The notes beneath the pieces are model-generated. The model saw nothing but the letters and a program-made list of their open reading frames with translations, made no database searches and was not told the origin of the DNA. Below are positions 13,520-25,859 of a DNA stretch of 64,000 nt, one piece after another (the stretch's first letter is position 1; every line of letters begins with the position of its first letter). A program made the translations under genes and the position numbers. This DNA is from Eledone cirrhosa (taxonomy: Eukaryota). Location: contig OZ024757.1 of assembly GCA_964016885.1 (NCBI GenBank), forward strand, positions 4,402,001-4,466,000, in the 5' to 3' direction.

Positions 13520-14054
13520 ATAAAAAAGAAAAGTTCGCTCTTCATGGCTGAATACAATAAATGTAATCTGAGCTCTTCGAATATTAATAATAACATTCGA
13601 TTAGTTTGCAATTTTGCAAATAAGCCTCAATTGTATAGCCATGTCAGTAGAATGAACACTTCATTCTTACTCTTGTGTTGGCATGCGAACAGAACTGCAG
13701 ACACTAACGTTTCTGGGTATACACAGTGACTGATTAGCCTGATTTGCATATTAACAGACTGGCTGATCAGTCACTGTGTATTTTTGAAAATAGCATATAT
13801 TTTCACTAGCTCTGATAGTTTGGCAGGTGAACAGTGAGCTGTACTGATGAAGGGTGATACCCAGAAATATTAATGTCTGCAGTTCTTTTCGCATGCTAAC
13901 GCAAGAGCAAGAATGAAGGATTCATTCTACTGACATGGCTATAAAATTGTGGCTTGTTTGCAAAATGCAAACGAATCGAATGTTATTATTAATATTCGAA
14001 AATGTTCTTTTATATATATGAGCGAAATATAGAGCGAAATATAGAGCGAAATGT

Positions 14055-14060
<6 letters not shown>
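13520..14060. mobile_element. ORF-less fold-back HHR element, family C
   Basis: 13575-13720 is an inverted copy of 13857-14000. Central hairpin at 13720-13780. Second copy at 18367-18720. Confidence 0.75.
13836..13885 (+). ncRNA. Type I hammerhead ribozyme, family C
   Basis: GAGCTGTA-CTGATGA-aGGGTgatACCCa-GAAA-TATTAAT-GTC-TGCAGTTC. Confidence 0.85.
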
Positions 14061-14121
<61 letters not shown>

Positions 14122-14340
14122 CACTACCATGACTGAATCTTAACCATCTACTATGTCAGGGTATGTCATGCATCATCTTACTTCATCTGATGAGAACGTA
14201 CTGTTGAAGATAGCTCAGTACCTCTTAAATAGGTATAATAAAATATACTTGATCACACGAATATCTATTTTTGTTAATATTTTGAATTAATATATATATA
14301 CACACATATATATATATACATATATACACACACACACACG

Positions 14341-14378
<38 letters not shown>

Positions 14379-14391
14379 TTCATATATATAC

Positions 14392-14482
<91 letters not shown>

Positions 14483-14543
14483 TATACATATATATACATA
14501 TATACATATATATATACACATATATATATATAACAAGTATATA

Positions 14544-14575
<32 letters not shown>

Positions 14576-14612
14576 CACATATATATATATACACATATAT
14601 ACATATATACAC

Positions 14613-14643
<31 letters not shown>

Positions 14644-14644
14644 A

Positions 14645-15677
14645 CAAGTGGGGTGCCCCAAAGCACAGTCCTGGGACCACTACTGTTTTTGGTGGATCTC
14701 TCAGTTATGCCCTCTGTAGTACATACAACATCCCTCACTAGCTATGCTGATGTCACTAAGGTAGCACAGGCAATCAAAAACCCGACTGACGCTGCCCATT
14801 TACAACAAGATCTGGATGCCAAATACAAATGGGTGGAAGACAACAACATGCAGTTTATTGCTGGCAAATTCCAAGCCTTACAATACAAACCTGCAAACAC
14901 AAATACAGTACAACTCAGTTACGCTGGACCAGGAGGGACCGATACTCCCGTGTCAAAATCGGTACGAGACCTGGGTATAGACATGAGCGACGATGCATCT
15001 TTTTCCTCACACATCATGAAAGTGGCGACAATGTGCAGACGACTCGCTGGCTGGATCTCGAGGACTTTCCGGACAAGAGACCGCGACACCATGTTGACAC
15101 TATGGAGGACATTTGTCCTAAGCCGCCTGAACTATTGCTCCCAGTTGCGGTCACCCCATAGTGTCAAACTAACCACGGAGATGAGGCAATCCAGCGAAGC
15201 TGAAGGAGATAAGCAACTGGGAGAGGCTAAAAGAACTGAACCTCTACTCCTTGGAAGACGGGAGAGATACGCAGTGATCTACATGTGGAAAATCCTGGAG
15301 AGACTAGCACCAAAATCTGGCATTGGGAGCTGGACCAACCGTCTAACAGGACGTCACTGTATGGTGCCAAATTTTCCGTCTTCCACATCTAGAATAAGGA
15401 GCAGATATTGCAATAGCCTGGGGTTCAAAGGATCTGAGAGATCTGCATGGTATGGATGTGGATGTTTTCAAGAAACATCTCGACACCTTGCTATCCAGGA
15501 TCCCGGATGAGCTCACAGCAAGGCACGAGGAAAGCCTAAGGGCAGCAGCAACAAACTCCCTCTTGCACAAGTGGCCAACCAATGCCGGCTGGAGATAAAA
15601 TGTGTAGCAAAAAGGGCGGTGCCCCTGCATGGCCTCAGCTGGGTGGTTGGAACAGGTAAAAGAGTAAAAGAGTATAT
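14645..15677 (+). mobile_element. 5'-truncated CR1-group LINE (RT C-terminus)
   Basis: [30 protein letters not shown]. 3' tail (GTAAAAGA)n. Confidence 0.8.
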
Positions 15678-15782
15678 ATATACACATATACATATATATA
15701 CATATATATATAAATGATATATACATATATATACGTATATATATATGTATATATGTATATACATATATATATGTATATATAC

Positions 15783-15945
<163 letters not shown>

Positions 15946-15956
15946 CATATACATAT

Positions 15957-17062
15957 AGGATTATCCTGGATGCAGTAATGATTAATTACTACACTGGATA
16001 GAGTTGGCGTACGAGTTATGGAAGAATAGTTGAAGAAACTCAGTTCCTGATCCTTCTGTATTCTGGAGTGTAGATAAAGAATGAATAATAACAGGTAGAC
16101 ATCATAAAAAGGTAATTTATTCTGTGTTCTTACAAATGTTTCCACGGTGGTTATACAGCCTAGTTATGCTATGTGAAAATTTATAACTATTTGCAAAACT
16201 CAATTATCAAATGCTGTGACCACTGTATCCTCAGAGCAGAATGGTTAAAATGTAAAATGTAAATACCCTTAAGTGAGGTTATTGGGGGAAGATAGAGTAG
16301 AAAAGGAAGAGAGAAAGAAGGGGAGAGGGAGAGAGAGAGAAAGATATGCAGGGGTTGGAGAAATGGGAGAGAGTGGTTTGTAGAATATAGATATCTTAAT
16401 CAAAATGTTGTGGTAGGGGTTTTGTTATACTGGTCACTCTTAAAGCGACCACCTTAAGCGATTCGTTGATAGTCAAGATTGGAATTATTTATTGCCACAG
16501 AGGGCAGGTTCATAGATGTGGAGAGGCAGGGTGTTGGACCGAGGGCGAGAGAGAGAGAGGGGAATGGAGAGAGAGGGAGAAATAGAGAGGGGACAGACGA
16601 AAGCGATGGGATGGGTGTACATTGAGTTCATAGTTGTAGGCTACAAATTGCACTAAGTTTCCATTTATAGTGATAAGCAGGGTATTGTCTTGTAGTGTGG
16701 GGGAATAGAAAGTGGTTAGCTAGAAAGCAATGTTATAGTTACGGTTTCGAATGCTAAGTTATTTTATAGTGAGAGAATTTAGCCTTCAGTTTGTGGTTGC
16801 AGTATAATGATCGTTCGATTCTATCATTTAGTAATTTATTTTTGGATTCTAAGATGTAAAAGAGTTCAAGGTTACATAACCTACAGTACTTCAATCCACT
16901 CCGATATGCACTAGCGCTGGAAAGTATATCCCATTTCAAGGTGAACTGTTGGTTGCGTTCACGGAGTTGCCAGGTCTTGTTGGCGAGCGTGGTCACAAAA
17001 CGGTGATTAGGATGTTTAATTGAGAATCGATGACGATACCAGAGAGATTTAAAGGAGGTAGT
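15957..17062 (-). mobile_element. Naiad-type PLE 3' fragment
   Basis: GIY-YIG C-terminus FKSLWYRHRFS..LKWDIL..CRLCNLE..CNH (16754-17062), followed by a 3' UTR and HHR. Confidence 0.8.
16121..16240 (-). ncRNA. Hammerhead ribozyme with branched stem II insertion
   Basis: CT-CTGAGGA-TACAGTGGT..ACAGC[two hairpins]GCTGT..ACCACCGTG-GAAA-CATTT-GTA-AG..AATAAA. Stem I is short. Confidence 0.7.
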
Positions 17063-17179
17063 GGTATATATATACATATATATATACATATGTACATATA
17101 TATATACATATATATATACATATATATATAATAATAATATTATTTATACTTATATATACACTATATATAATTATAAACA

Positions 17180-18350
17180 GGAAAGGTCAGTAATTCATTT
17201 CCACCTTATTACCAGTAAGAAAAATTGCTCAATGTAAATACATCATATGTTTTACAGAGCTGGAATATAAATTACAGAATAATCAAAACTATGTTCAAAA
17301 CATTTTATTGCTAACAATCGTTTCTTCCAAAGTTTCGTTTGGAATCATCGGAGCACTAGCAAAGTTTAGACATAATTAACCTCCTATTCCACAGAATAAT
17401 TGTAAAGATACGTAGATGTTAGTGTTGTCATTAACAGTGTCATATTCAAAGATTGAAGATGATGTGGTCAGTGTCAGTGGATGCGACAAAGATTATAAAA
17501 GAATAATACAACAATTATAGAGGAATTGAACAAGAAAGTTACTCGCAAAATGAGGACATTAGCGGTACATATACAAACGTAAGGAAAGAGTGCAGAGGTT
17601 TGTATATTGGTCCTATTACAATCTTATCAAGGGTTCGAGTTTTCTAGAGTGATCTGTCTAACGGTTTAATTTCAGGAAGTGATTAGAGATCTACACTAAG
17701 GGGAGTTAATGGGAAAGGGGAGGTAATTGGCGATTAATTTGTGTATAAGAAAAACTCTAATTAGTTAAATTCTATGTGTTAATATACAATATATTATGGT
17801 ATAAGTGAATCCTTTTATATAATGCTATTTATTTTTAAATTTATATATTTAATTTTATATACAATCTTTTTTCTATATGATACCTTAAAGGTCTCATTTT
17901 ATTACTACCTACCGATATATTAATTAAATGAATAAAATATTAGTAAGGAAGTTATAGTAGTTATATTAAATGGTGGTAAATTTATGTTTATTCCTAATAG
18001 TTATTGTAGAGTATAAGATCTGAGATAAACAGGAGATAAGTAGAGGAATGAGCTAATCATAGAATGTGATGTTGTGGGGGTAATTATATGCTGATAAAAC
18101 CTAGGGGTAAAGTGTTAACGGTGGTGAGGAATCCAGATCTGACGTTGTTATATACTAGCAGCTAGGTTTAAAGTTGTGGAAAGAGTGTCGGTGGTAGTGT
18201 TGGCAAATGGTAAAAATTTCTGATTTTCTAAGAGGTTTAGCTTAGAATAGATTATAGTGCGGGTTTCTAGAAGACAGAGGTTACGTAATTTATTCGGTGG
18301 TTTATAGGTTGCGGCTTTACCTATTACTTCCCATTGAAGTGTAAGGCTGC
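17180..18350 (-). mobile_element. Naiad-type PLE 3' fragment
   Basis: 18200-18350 on the minus strand translates LQWEVIGKAATYKPPNKLRNLCLLETRTII..KSEIFTICQH. HHR lies downstream. Confidence 0.7.
17309..17355 (-). ncRNA. Hammerhead ribozyme (U4C)
   Basis: TGCT-CCGATGA-TTCCAAAcgaaacTTTGGAA-GAAA-CGATT-GTT-AGCA-ATAAAA. Confidence 0.8.
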
Positions 18351-18503
18351 ATCGTATAAACCACCGAATATATGCTATTTTAAAAAATACACAGTGACTG
18401 AACAGCCAGTCTGCTAATATGCAAATCAGGCTAACCAGTCACTGTGTATTATTTAAAATAGCATATATTTTCACTAACTCTGACAGTTTGGCAGGTGAAC
18501 AGT

Positions 18504-18553
18504 GAGCTGTACTGATGAAGGGTGATACCCAGAAACATTAGTGTCCGCAGTTC
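18504..18553 (+). ncRNA. Hammerhead ribozyme, family C
   Basis: GAGCTGTA-CTGATGA-aGGGTgatACCCa-GAAA-CATTAGT-GTC-CGCAGTTC, within element 18367-18720. Confidence 0.8.
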
Positions 18554-18747
18554 TGTTCGCATGCCAACACAAGAGCAAGAATGAAGTGTTATTTCTCCTG
18601 GCATGGCTTTAAAATTGACGCTTGCTTGCAAAATTGCAAACGAATCGAATGTTATTATTAATATTCGAAAAACACAGATTACATTTATTGCATTCAGCCA
18701 TGTAGAGCGAAATGCTCTTTTTTATATACATATATATATATATATAT

Positions 18748-19589
18748 TCTGATCGCTGACTGGTACGAGTGATGAAGAACGTGTCCCGCATGTGCGACCC
18801 AACAGAAATGGAAAGACACATCCAACACTTCCTTAACCGCATGCAGTTCTCTGGCTACAACCAAAGAGACAGAATCAGAGTATACGAAGGAGCCACAGAG
18901 AAGTATAAGACCCTCATAGAACTGGGCATGAAAGGAATTTGCCCATTATACAGGAGCAAATGATGGAATAGCTTAGATAGGACTAGACATAAGATAGGGA
19001 AAGCGACCTCATTGTACGGCAACCAGAGATACCAGAGTGTCATGTTTGTGGACGCTACCCCTGGAAGGAAATTAACTAACCAGTGTAAAAAGGCCCTGAG
19101 AAAGATCCACTTAAAGATTAAGGTGGTAGAAAAGCTAGGAACCACCATAAAATCCCTGATCAGCAAAACCTACCCTTTTAAGAAAACCCACTGTACTAAT
19201 AGGAAATGTATTATATGTAAAGTAAACCCCCGGATAAACTGTAAAACTAGAAACGTAGTCTATAGCATAAGATGTAAAGAGGGTACTTGCAGAAACATGA
19301 CAACAACATACATAGGCGAGACAGCTCGTAGCATAGGTGAAAGGATAGACCAACACTGGGGGAACTAAAAGGACGAAAAAACGGTTCCGTACTATACGAA
19401 CATGCCAGACAACAACACGACGGTAACATAGACAATATAGAAATTAGAATAATATCTAAACATAGAAATGACCCAGCAGATAGGCAAATCAGAGAGGCAA
19501 GCGAAATAGAACTGAGAAGGACAAGGCTAAATAGAAAAAATGAATGGAATAACAACACACAAACAAACAATACTGACCTAAGAGAAGTA

Positions 19590-19636
<47 letters not shown>

Positions 19637-19922
19637 ACAGACTAAATAAAGATGGCGTAGGCATACAATACAACAGGAGGAAACATAATAGCACCACTGA
19701 CGATGTTGCAGATGTGCAACGAAAGAACTTTGTTAGACTATATATATGTGTTTGTGTCTATATTATATCTGTATTTTTTACCCTTGATCGGTCAATGGTA
19801 ACATTGAGGACCGGATAAATTAAATTAACCGATATATAAGACACAGAAGTGAAAACCAACCAAACAGTGAGTGTGTTCTCTTATTAATTCTGGCAATATT
19901 ATTACACAAATATGACCCACCC
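18748..19922 (+). mobile_element. 5'-truncated PLE (non-Naiad clade), GIY-YIG region
   Basis: CIIC..NCKTRNVVYSIRC..YIGETARSIGERIDQH. Same family as 28686-31967. HHR-like motif at 19692-19734. Confidence 0.85.
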
Positions 19923-19974
19923 CATATATATATATATATATACATATATAAATATACATATATACGTGTATATA

Positions 19975-20082
<108 letters not shown>

Positions 20083-20095
20083 TATATATATATAA

Positions 20096-20127
<32 letters not shown>

Positions 20128-20230
20128 CAAAAACCTTGTTTGTAAATAATATTATTCTTTCTTCTCCATTTCCTTAACATGTTCAACATGACTTCATTTT
20201 CTCTCCACCATTTTTCACAATACAAATACC

Positions 20231-20270
20231 CCCCTTTGATAATGCATAAAATGCTGAAACCGGTAATAAA
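20231..20270 (+). ncRNA. Hammerhead-like motif, U3-A8 variant, 3' strand of stem I missing
   Basis: TTGATAA-tGCATaaaATGCt-GAAA-CCG-GTA. Confidence 0.55.
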
Positions 20271-20452
20271 CATTTATTAAATATATAAATAAATATATGC
20301 CATTGTTAATTAATAAATAAATTAACTAATACCTTAACACTTCACACAAAGTAAAATATTTTGTTTTAAACATTTTCTAACCCAGAAAAAAGAGAGAAAA
20401 ATAAAAGGAAAAAATATACTTTTCTTCTTAATAATCGTCTTTTTCTCCCTAT

Positions 20453-20499
<47 letters not shown>

Positions 20500-20879
20500 T
20501 ATATATACATATATATATACATATATATGCGTGGGGACATAGAAATAATCGGGATGGATACCCGACCGCGCGGTTAAAACACAACACTGGGAGTGAAGGA
20601 CACCTAGCCCTTGTCAGGGCATTCTTCTAGGAGAAGGCATCTCAGGAAACAGGGTTAACTCCGACATAAAACCTGCGGCTCAGTAGTTACCGATGATGTT
20701 GATCTTTTCTTCTTATCGGGTTATAGCTGCTGTCGCTCAGAGAGTGGGATTGGTTCAGTGCACAATCTTTCCTCACTTTTAAAATATTCTTCACGCACAG
20801 GCATTGCACGATTGCATTAATTAATAACTATTAATAGTGTTATTGTTATTGTTATTATTGTTATGACCATGCTGTAAAA

Positions 20880-23800
20880 TGGAGGGGTAGAGAGGGCCCG
20901 TGAGTCCAGTAAGACATCCTCTCTTGTGTTGGTGGCACGAATAAAAGCACCCAGCACTGGTGTTAGGAAGGGCATCCAACCAGTGTATTAATGTCAAAAT
21001 AATTATGAGCACAACAATAAATATATATCGCAATAACTGCGTAAACAGCAATAGCACTAACCATGTTAGGGCTACGCACGGTAATGAGGTGGCTGGTGCG
21101 GCCATGTGCGAGAACCCCCTCCCCCGACCGTCTTCAAGCAATCGCACTACAGGAAAAGGAAAAACAAAAATATGAAGACGGCGCATCTCAGAGTTGAAAC
21201 ACTTAATGTTGGCACTCTCACAGGTAGATCTGGTGAAATAGCGGAGATGCTGGAGAGAAGGCATGTGGATGTGCGCTGCGTGCAAGAGGTGAGATGGAGA
21301 GGTGCCTCTGCGAGACTAATCGCAGGCAAACATCTTAGTTATAAGCTTTTCTGGGTAGGTAATGATGATGGGTTATGGGGAGTAGGCATTTTCCTGGCTG
21401 AAAGATGGATCAATAAGACAATAGAGGTAGTTCAAGTTAATAATCGAATAATTAAACTTAGATTAGTTGTAGGTAGGAGACTACTGACAATCATCTCTGC
21501 CTATGCTCCCCAAGCAGGCCTAGGTAAAGAAGCGAAAGACTGCTTTTACGAGCAACTTTTACAAACAGCCACAATGACAGAGGACGGAGACATCGTTATG
21601 CTAGCAGGGGACTTCAATGGTCATGTTGGACAGCTCCAAGATGGTTACACTGGGGTACATGGTAGGCACGGTCACGGCTCAAGAAATGAAGAAGTGAAAC
21701 TTCTTGAATTTTGTGATGCAAGTACACTGACCATTTGCAACACGAACGTCCACCTAATAACCTACAAATCAGGCGAGCACATAAGCCAGATTGACTTCTT
21801 ACTAGTTAGGCGGCGGGACTGGCAGATGGTGTCAAATACCAAGGTATACCCTGGGGAAGAATGTACCCCCACAGCATAGGTTAGTCGTTAGTGATATCTC
21901 AGTAAACAAGAGTCGGAATGAGACATACAGGAAGGTGTGGAGAAGAAGGGTCTGGAAGCTAAAAGACCTTTCACTAAAATACAAATTTAGGAAAGCCCTT
22001 CAAGATGTGTATGACGAAAAAGAAGACGATTTAGAGTCGTATGACATAGATGATAACTGGAATTTCTTCCGTAACAACTTACTGCAGAGCTCCAACCAGA
22101 CAGAGAGTGACCTGGGGGTGGACAGCACGATAGATAAGGCCATTAGACACAAAAGACTAGCATGGAAGGCTTGGTAAAAGGGTGGGAGAAGAGAAGGATA
22201 TACAGCTGCTAAGAGAGAAGCTAGACGTCAGGTGTACTTAGCACGCAGCGAGGCTGAGAGTAGGAGGTTTGCCAATGTTCTGCGACGGAAAGATCAGAGG
22301 CGTGCGGTGTTCCACATTGCAAGGCAGTCTGTCAATGCAAATCGGGATGTTGTTGGAGAGAAATATGTCCGGAATGATGCCGGTGTACTTAGTGTCACGA
22401 ATGATCAGAAAAAGGAGGCCTGGAAATGTCATTATGAGAGACTGATAAAAGTGGTGAACGAATGGGAGAGAGAGAAATTACCCTCACTAGATCCGACAGA
22501 GAGACCAGCTATTGAGATTGACGAATATAGGGTTCAAGAGGCGATTAAGGAAATGAAAAATGGTAAGGCCGCTGGACCGTCAGGGATAGTTGCTGAAATG
22601 CTGAAGGCATCAGGGGAGGTAGGCACTAAACTTGTTGCACTCATCACCAATCAGGCTATATATGCTGGTGTCATACCCAAAGACTGGTGCAGCAGTATTC
22701 TCATAAATTGCTACAAAGGTAAAGGAGATGCTCTGGAGAGGAACAATTATAGGGGCATGAAACTGATGGATTAGGTTATGAAAGTGGCAGAAAGGATATT
22801 AGCACAACTAATTAGAGAAAGGCTCAAACTAGATGAGATGCAGTTTGGTTTTGTGCCTTGGAAAAGTACAACAGATGCCCTCTTCTTGGTGAGACAATTA
22901 CAAGAGCGGTTCTTAGAGACGAATAAGTCACTATACTTAACTTTTGTTGACCTAGAGAAGGCCTTTGATATGGTACCCCGATCTGTCATCTGGTGGTCCC
23001 TAAGGAAACTAGGTCTTGAGGAATGGTTTGTGAGGACAATGCAGACTTTGTGCAGAGGTGTTGTCAGTAAAGTCAGGGTAGGAATGGAGTTTAATGAGGA
23101 ATTCCAGATACAAGTAGGAGTACATCAGGGTTCGGTCCTCAGCCCGCTCTTGTTCATTATAGTCCTCTAAGCCATAACAAAGGATTTAAAGACCGGCTGT
23201 CTATGGGAACTTCTCTATGCTGAGGATCTGGTTCTTATAGCAGAATCAGTAGAGAAGCTAGTGAATAAATTCTGGCTATGGAAACAGAATTTGGAATCAA
23301 GAGGACTGAGAGTGAACCTAGCTAAGACAAAAGTGTTGATGAGTAGAAAAGAGGACAAAACTCTGATTCCGTCAGGGAAATGGCCATGTTCGATATGCAG
23401 AGAAGGAACTGGCATAAATTCCATAAAATGCACACAATGCAGATCCTGGGTACACAAGAGATGTAGTGGGAAAGCAGGCAAACTAACAGGTAGGGAGAAA
23501 TACGTATGCAGTAGATGTACAGGGAAATTAGACAGTAGAAGTTGCATTGCTAGACACATTTTTCAAATGCAGGTGGGTGCTATAGAAGTGGTTGATAGCT
23601 TCCGGTACCTAGGAGATCAGATTAGCATGGGAAGGGGTGTCCGAGGCCATAGTATCTAGAGTAAGGACGGATTGGAAGAAGTTTAGGGAGATGCTTCCTC
23701 TGCTGACGAAGAAGGGTTTCTCGCTGCGTACGAAAGGCCGGTTATATGATGCCTGTGTGAGGAGCGCGATGCTGCATGGTAGTGAGACTTGGACAGCGAG

Positions 23801-24203
23801 GATATGCGACGGCTGGAGACAAATGAGGCAAGTATGCTCCGTTGGATGTGCAATGTCAATGTGCGTGAACGACCCAGCATGGATGTGTTGAGGGAGAAAC
23901 TGTGTCTGAGAGGGATAGAATGTAGTGTACGAGAGAGAAGACTGCGGTGGTATGGACATGTGATGCGCATGGAGGATGACCAATGGGTGAAGAAGTGCCA
24001 GGAAATGCCAGTTGAAGGAAAATGTGGTAGAGGTCGACCACGAAAAACATGGGCGGAGGTGGTGAGAACAGACCTCAGATTGCTGAAGCTCACGGTGGAG
24101 ATGACGAAGGACCGTGACAAGTGGAGGGATGCTGTTCTGAATAAGACTCGTCCCACCCGTGCAACCAGGGGAAAGCGGACGTAAAATGGTGATGATGATG
24201 ATT
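20880..24203 (+). mobile_element. Near-complete decayed RTE-clade LINE (APE, RT, PHD-like zinc finger)
   Basis: NVGTL, VQEVRW, SAYAPQ, GDFNGHVG, QIDF, QFGF, FVDLEKAFD, GVHQGSVLSP, YAED, CSIC..CTQCRSWVHKRC..CSRC, WYGHVMRM, RGRPRKTW. (GAT)n tail. Multiple stops and frameshifts. 5' boundary uncertain (possibly about 20530). Confidence 0.92.
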
Positions 24204-24249
24204 ATATATATACATATATATATATGTAAGTTAAAACAATGAAATAAAA

Positions 24250-24905
24250 ATTCAATATATATATATATAGAGAAATGGTTACACAACAGTTAGTTCACCA
24301 TACCGAGAACAATTGTTTCACCTTAGCGGATCTTCAGCTTGTAATGGGCATTGTTATACGGAATAGAAGGAACAACCGTAAGAACGCGCATGCGCAGAAA
24401 CCGTCACTTCACACAGGCAATACTAAAAAGCGTGCGAGAGGTATAAGAGATAACTGCGAAAGTCCGAAAAGTTTCTAGTTGATAAGAAAATTAGGATGTT
24501 TTTGTGATTCAATCCGGAGCTTTGTAGTTATGTAAGAGGTGTTTCGAGACGTGAGGACAACGTGTGAAGAATTCATTTCTCGTGTTTAGGCAATCACTAT
24601 TGCATAATCTCTTTAGAATATTTATTCGTTCATCAATACATAGTCCACACAACGGATTTCCCCTTGCGTATGGCTTGGACTTAGTTATGACTTTCCATTG
24701 AATGGAGTAGTCTATACTTGAGTCCTTGAGGGAGTATATGTGGATCGCGAGTTTCGTGGATGAAGGTCTGTCCGGGTACCTAAAGATCGACTGGTGGTTC
24801 AGGAAGCGTTCCTTAAATCGGCCCCCGCCATACCCACGTAGGATGTGACCTCCTGTGGTTGATTTGGTCGGTTGGAAGTGACCACAGCTTCATAAATAAA
24901 GCTTA
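24250..24905 (-). mobile_element. Naiad-type PLE 3' fragment
   Basis: Minus strand IYEAVVT..SYVG..FKERFLNHQSIFRYP..IQWKVITKSKPY..CGLCIDE. HHR lies downstream. Confidence 0.75.
24298..24347 (-). ncRNA. Minimal hammerhead ribozyme
   Basis: ccattacaAG-CTGAAGA-tCCgctaaGGt-GAAA-CAATT-GTT-CTcggtatgg. Confidence 0.7.
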
Positions 24906-25009
24906 TTAGCCGATTAACCCACTCGATATGCAAATTAGGCTGCTCAGCCGTTAATATGCATAAAGAAAGTATATACTTTCAGACATTCAATCATCTGGCA
25001 GGAAGGTAT

Positions 25010-25052
25010 ACGTTGCTGACGATAGCTAATAAGCTTGAAACTAGTACAGCGT
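25010..25052 (+). ncRNA. Type I hammerhead ribozyme, family D
   Basis: ACGTTG-CTGACGA-tAGCTaataAGCTt-GAAA-CTA-GTA-CAGCGT. Confidence 0.85.
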
Positions 25053-25451
25053 TCCTTTGTCAGTATTGAACAAACGAGCAACGATGGTTGCTAGACACTA
25101 CGGCTTAATACGCGGGATGTTTGTTTAGAAACACACAGAGCATTATAATAAGTGTTCGGTGAATCCATACGTACATATATATATATGTGTGCATGTATGT
25201 ATATATATATATATATATATACATACTAGTGTAAGTCTGTATACATATATGTATGTACGTTAACATACTTATATTTAAGTAATAGCCGTACTAAGAGTGG
25301 GAAATGAAATTTCGTTTCATTTTTTCCGTTTATCGTTTTCGGTGCCCCCGGCCGATTAACCCACTCGATATGCAAATTAGGCTGCTCAGCCGTTAATATG
25401 CATAAGGAAAGTATATACTTTCAGACGTTCAATCATCTGGCAGGAAGGTAT

Positions 25452-25494
25452 ACGTTGCTGACGATAGCTAATAAGCTTGAAACTAGTACAGCGT
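25452..25494 (+). ncRNA. Type I hammerhead ribozyme, family D
   Basis: Identical to 25010-25052. Confidence 0.85.
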
Positions 25495-25695
25495 TCCTTT
25501 GTTAGTCTTGAACAAACGAGCAACGATGGTTGCTAGACACCACGGCTTAATACGGGATGTTTGTTTACAAACACACCGAGCATTATAATAAGTGTTCGGT
25601 GAATCCATACGTACATATATATGTGTGCAATTATGTATATATATATATATATACTACTGTACGTCTGTATACATATATGTATGTACGTATACATA

Positions 25696-25731
<36 letters not shown>

Positions 25732-25804
25732 TATGTATACGTACATACAATATGTATACAGACGTACAGTAGTATGTATATATATATACATAATTGCACA
25801 CATA

Positions 25805-25858
<54 letters not shown>

Positions 25859-25859
25859 G

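Larger units (their letters stand above)
24909..25810 (+). mobile_element. Retrozyme-like tandem dimer (442-nt unit, one HHR per unit), family D
   Basis: gccgattaacccactcg at 24909 and 25351. Identical HHRs 442 nt apart. No ORF. 3' fold-back 25620-25810. Confidence 0.8.

Noticed and set aside
14181-14220. CTGATGAGAACGTACTGTTGAAG as an HHR
   Set aside because: No GAAA, stem III or closing stem I.
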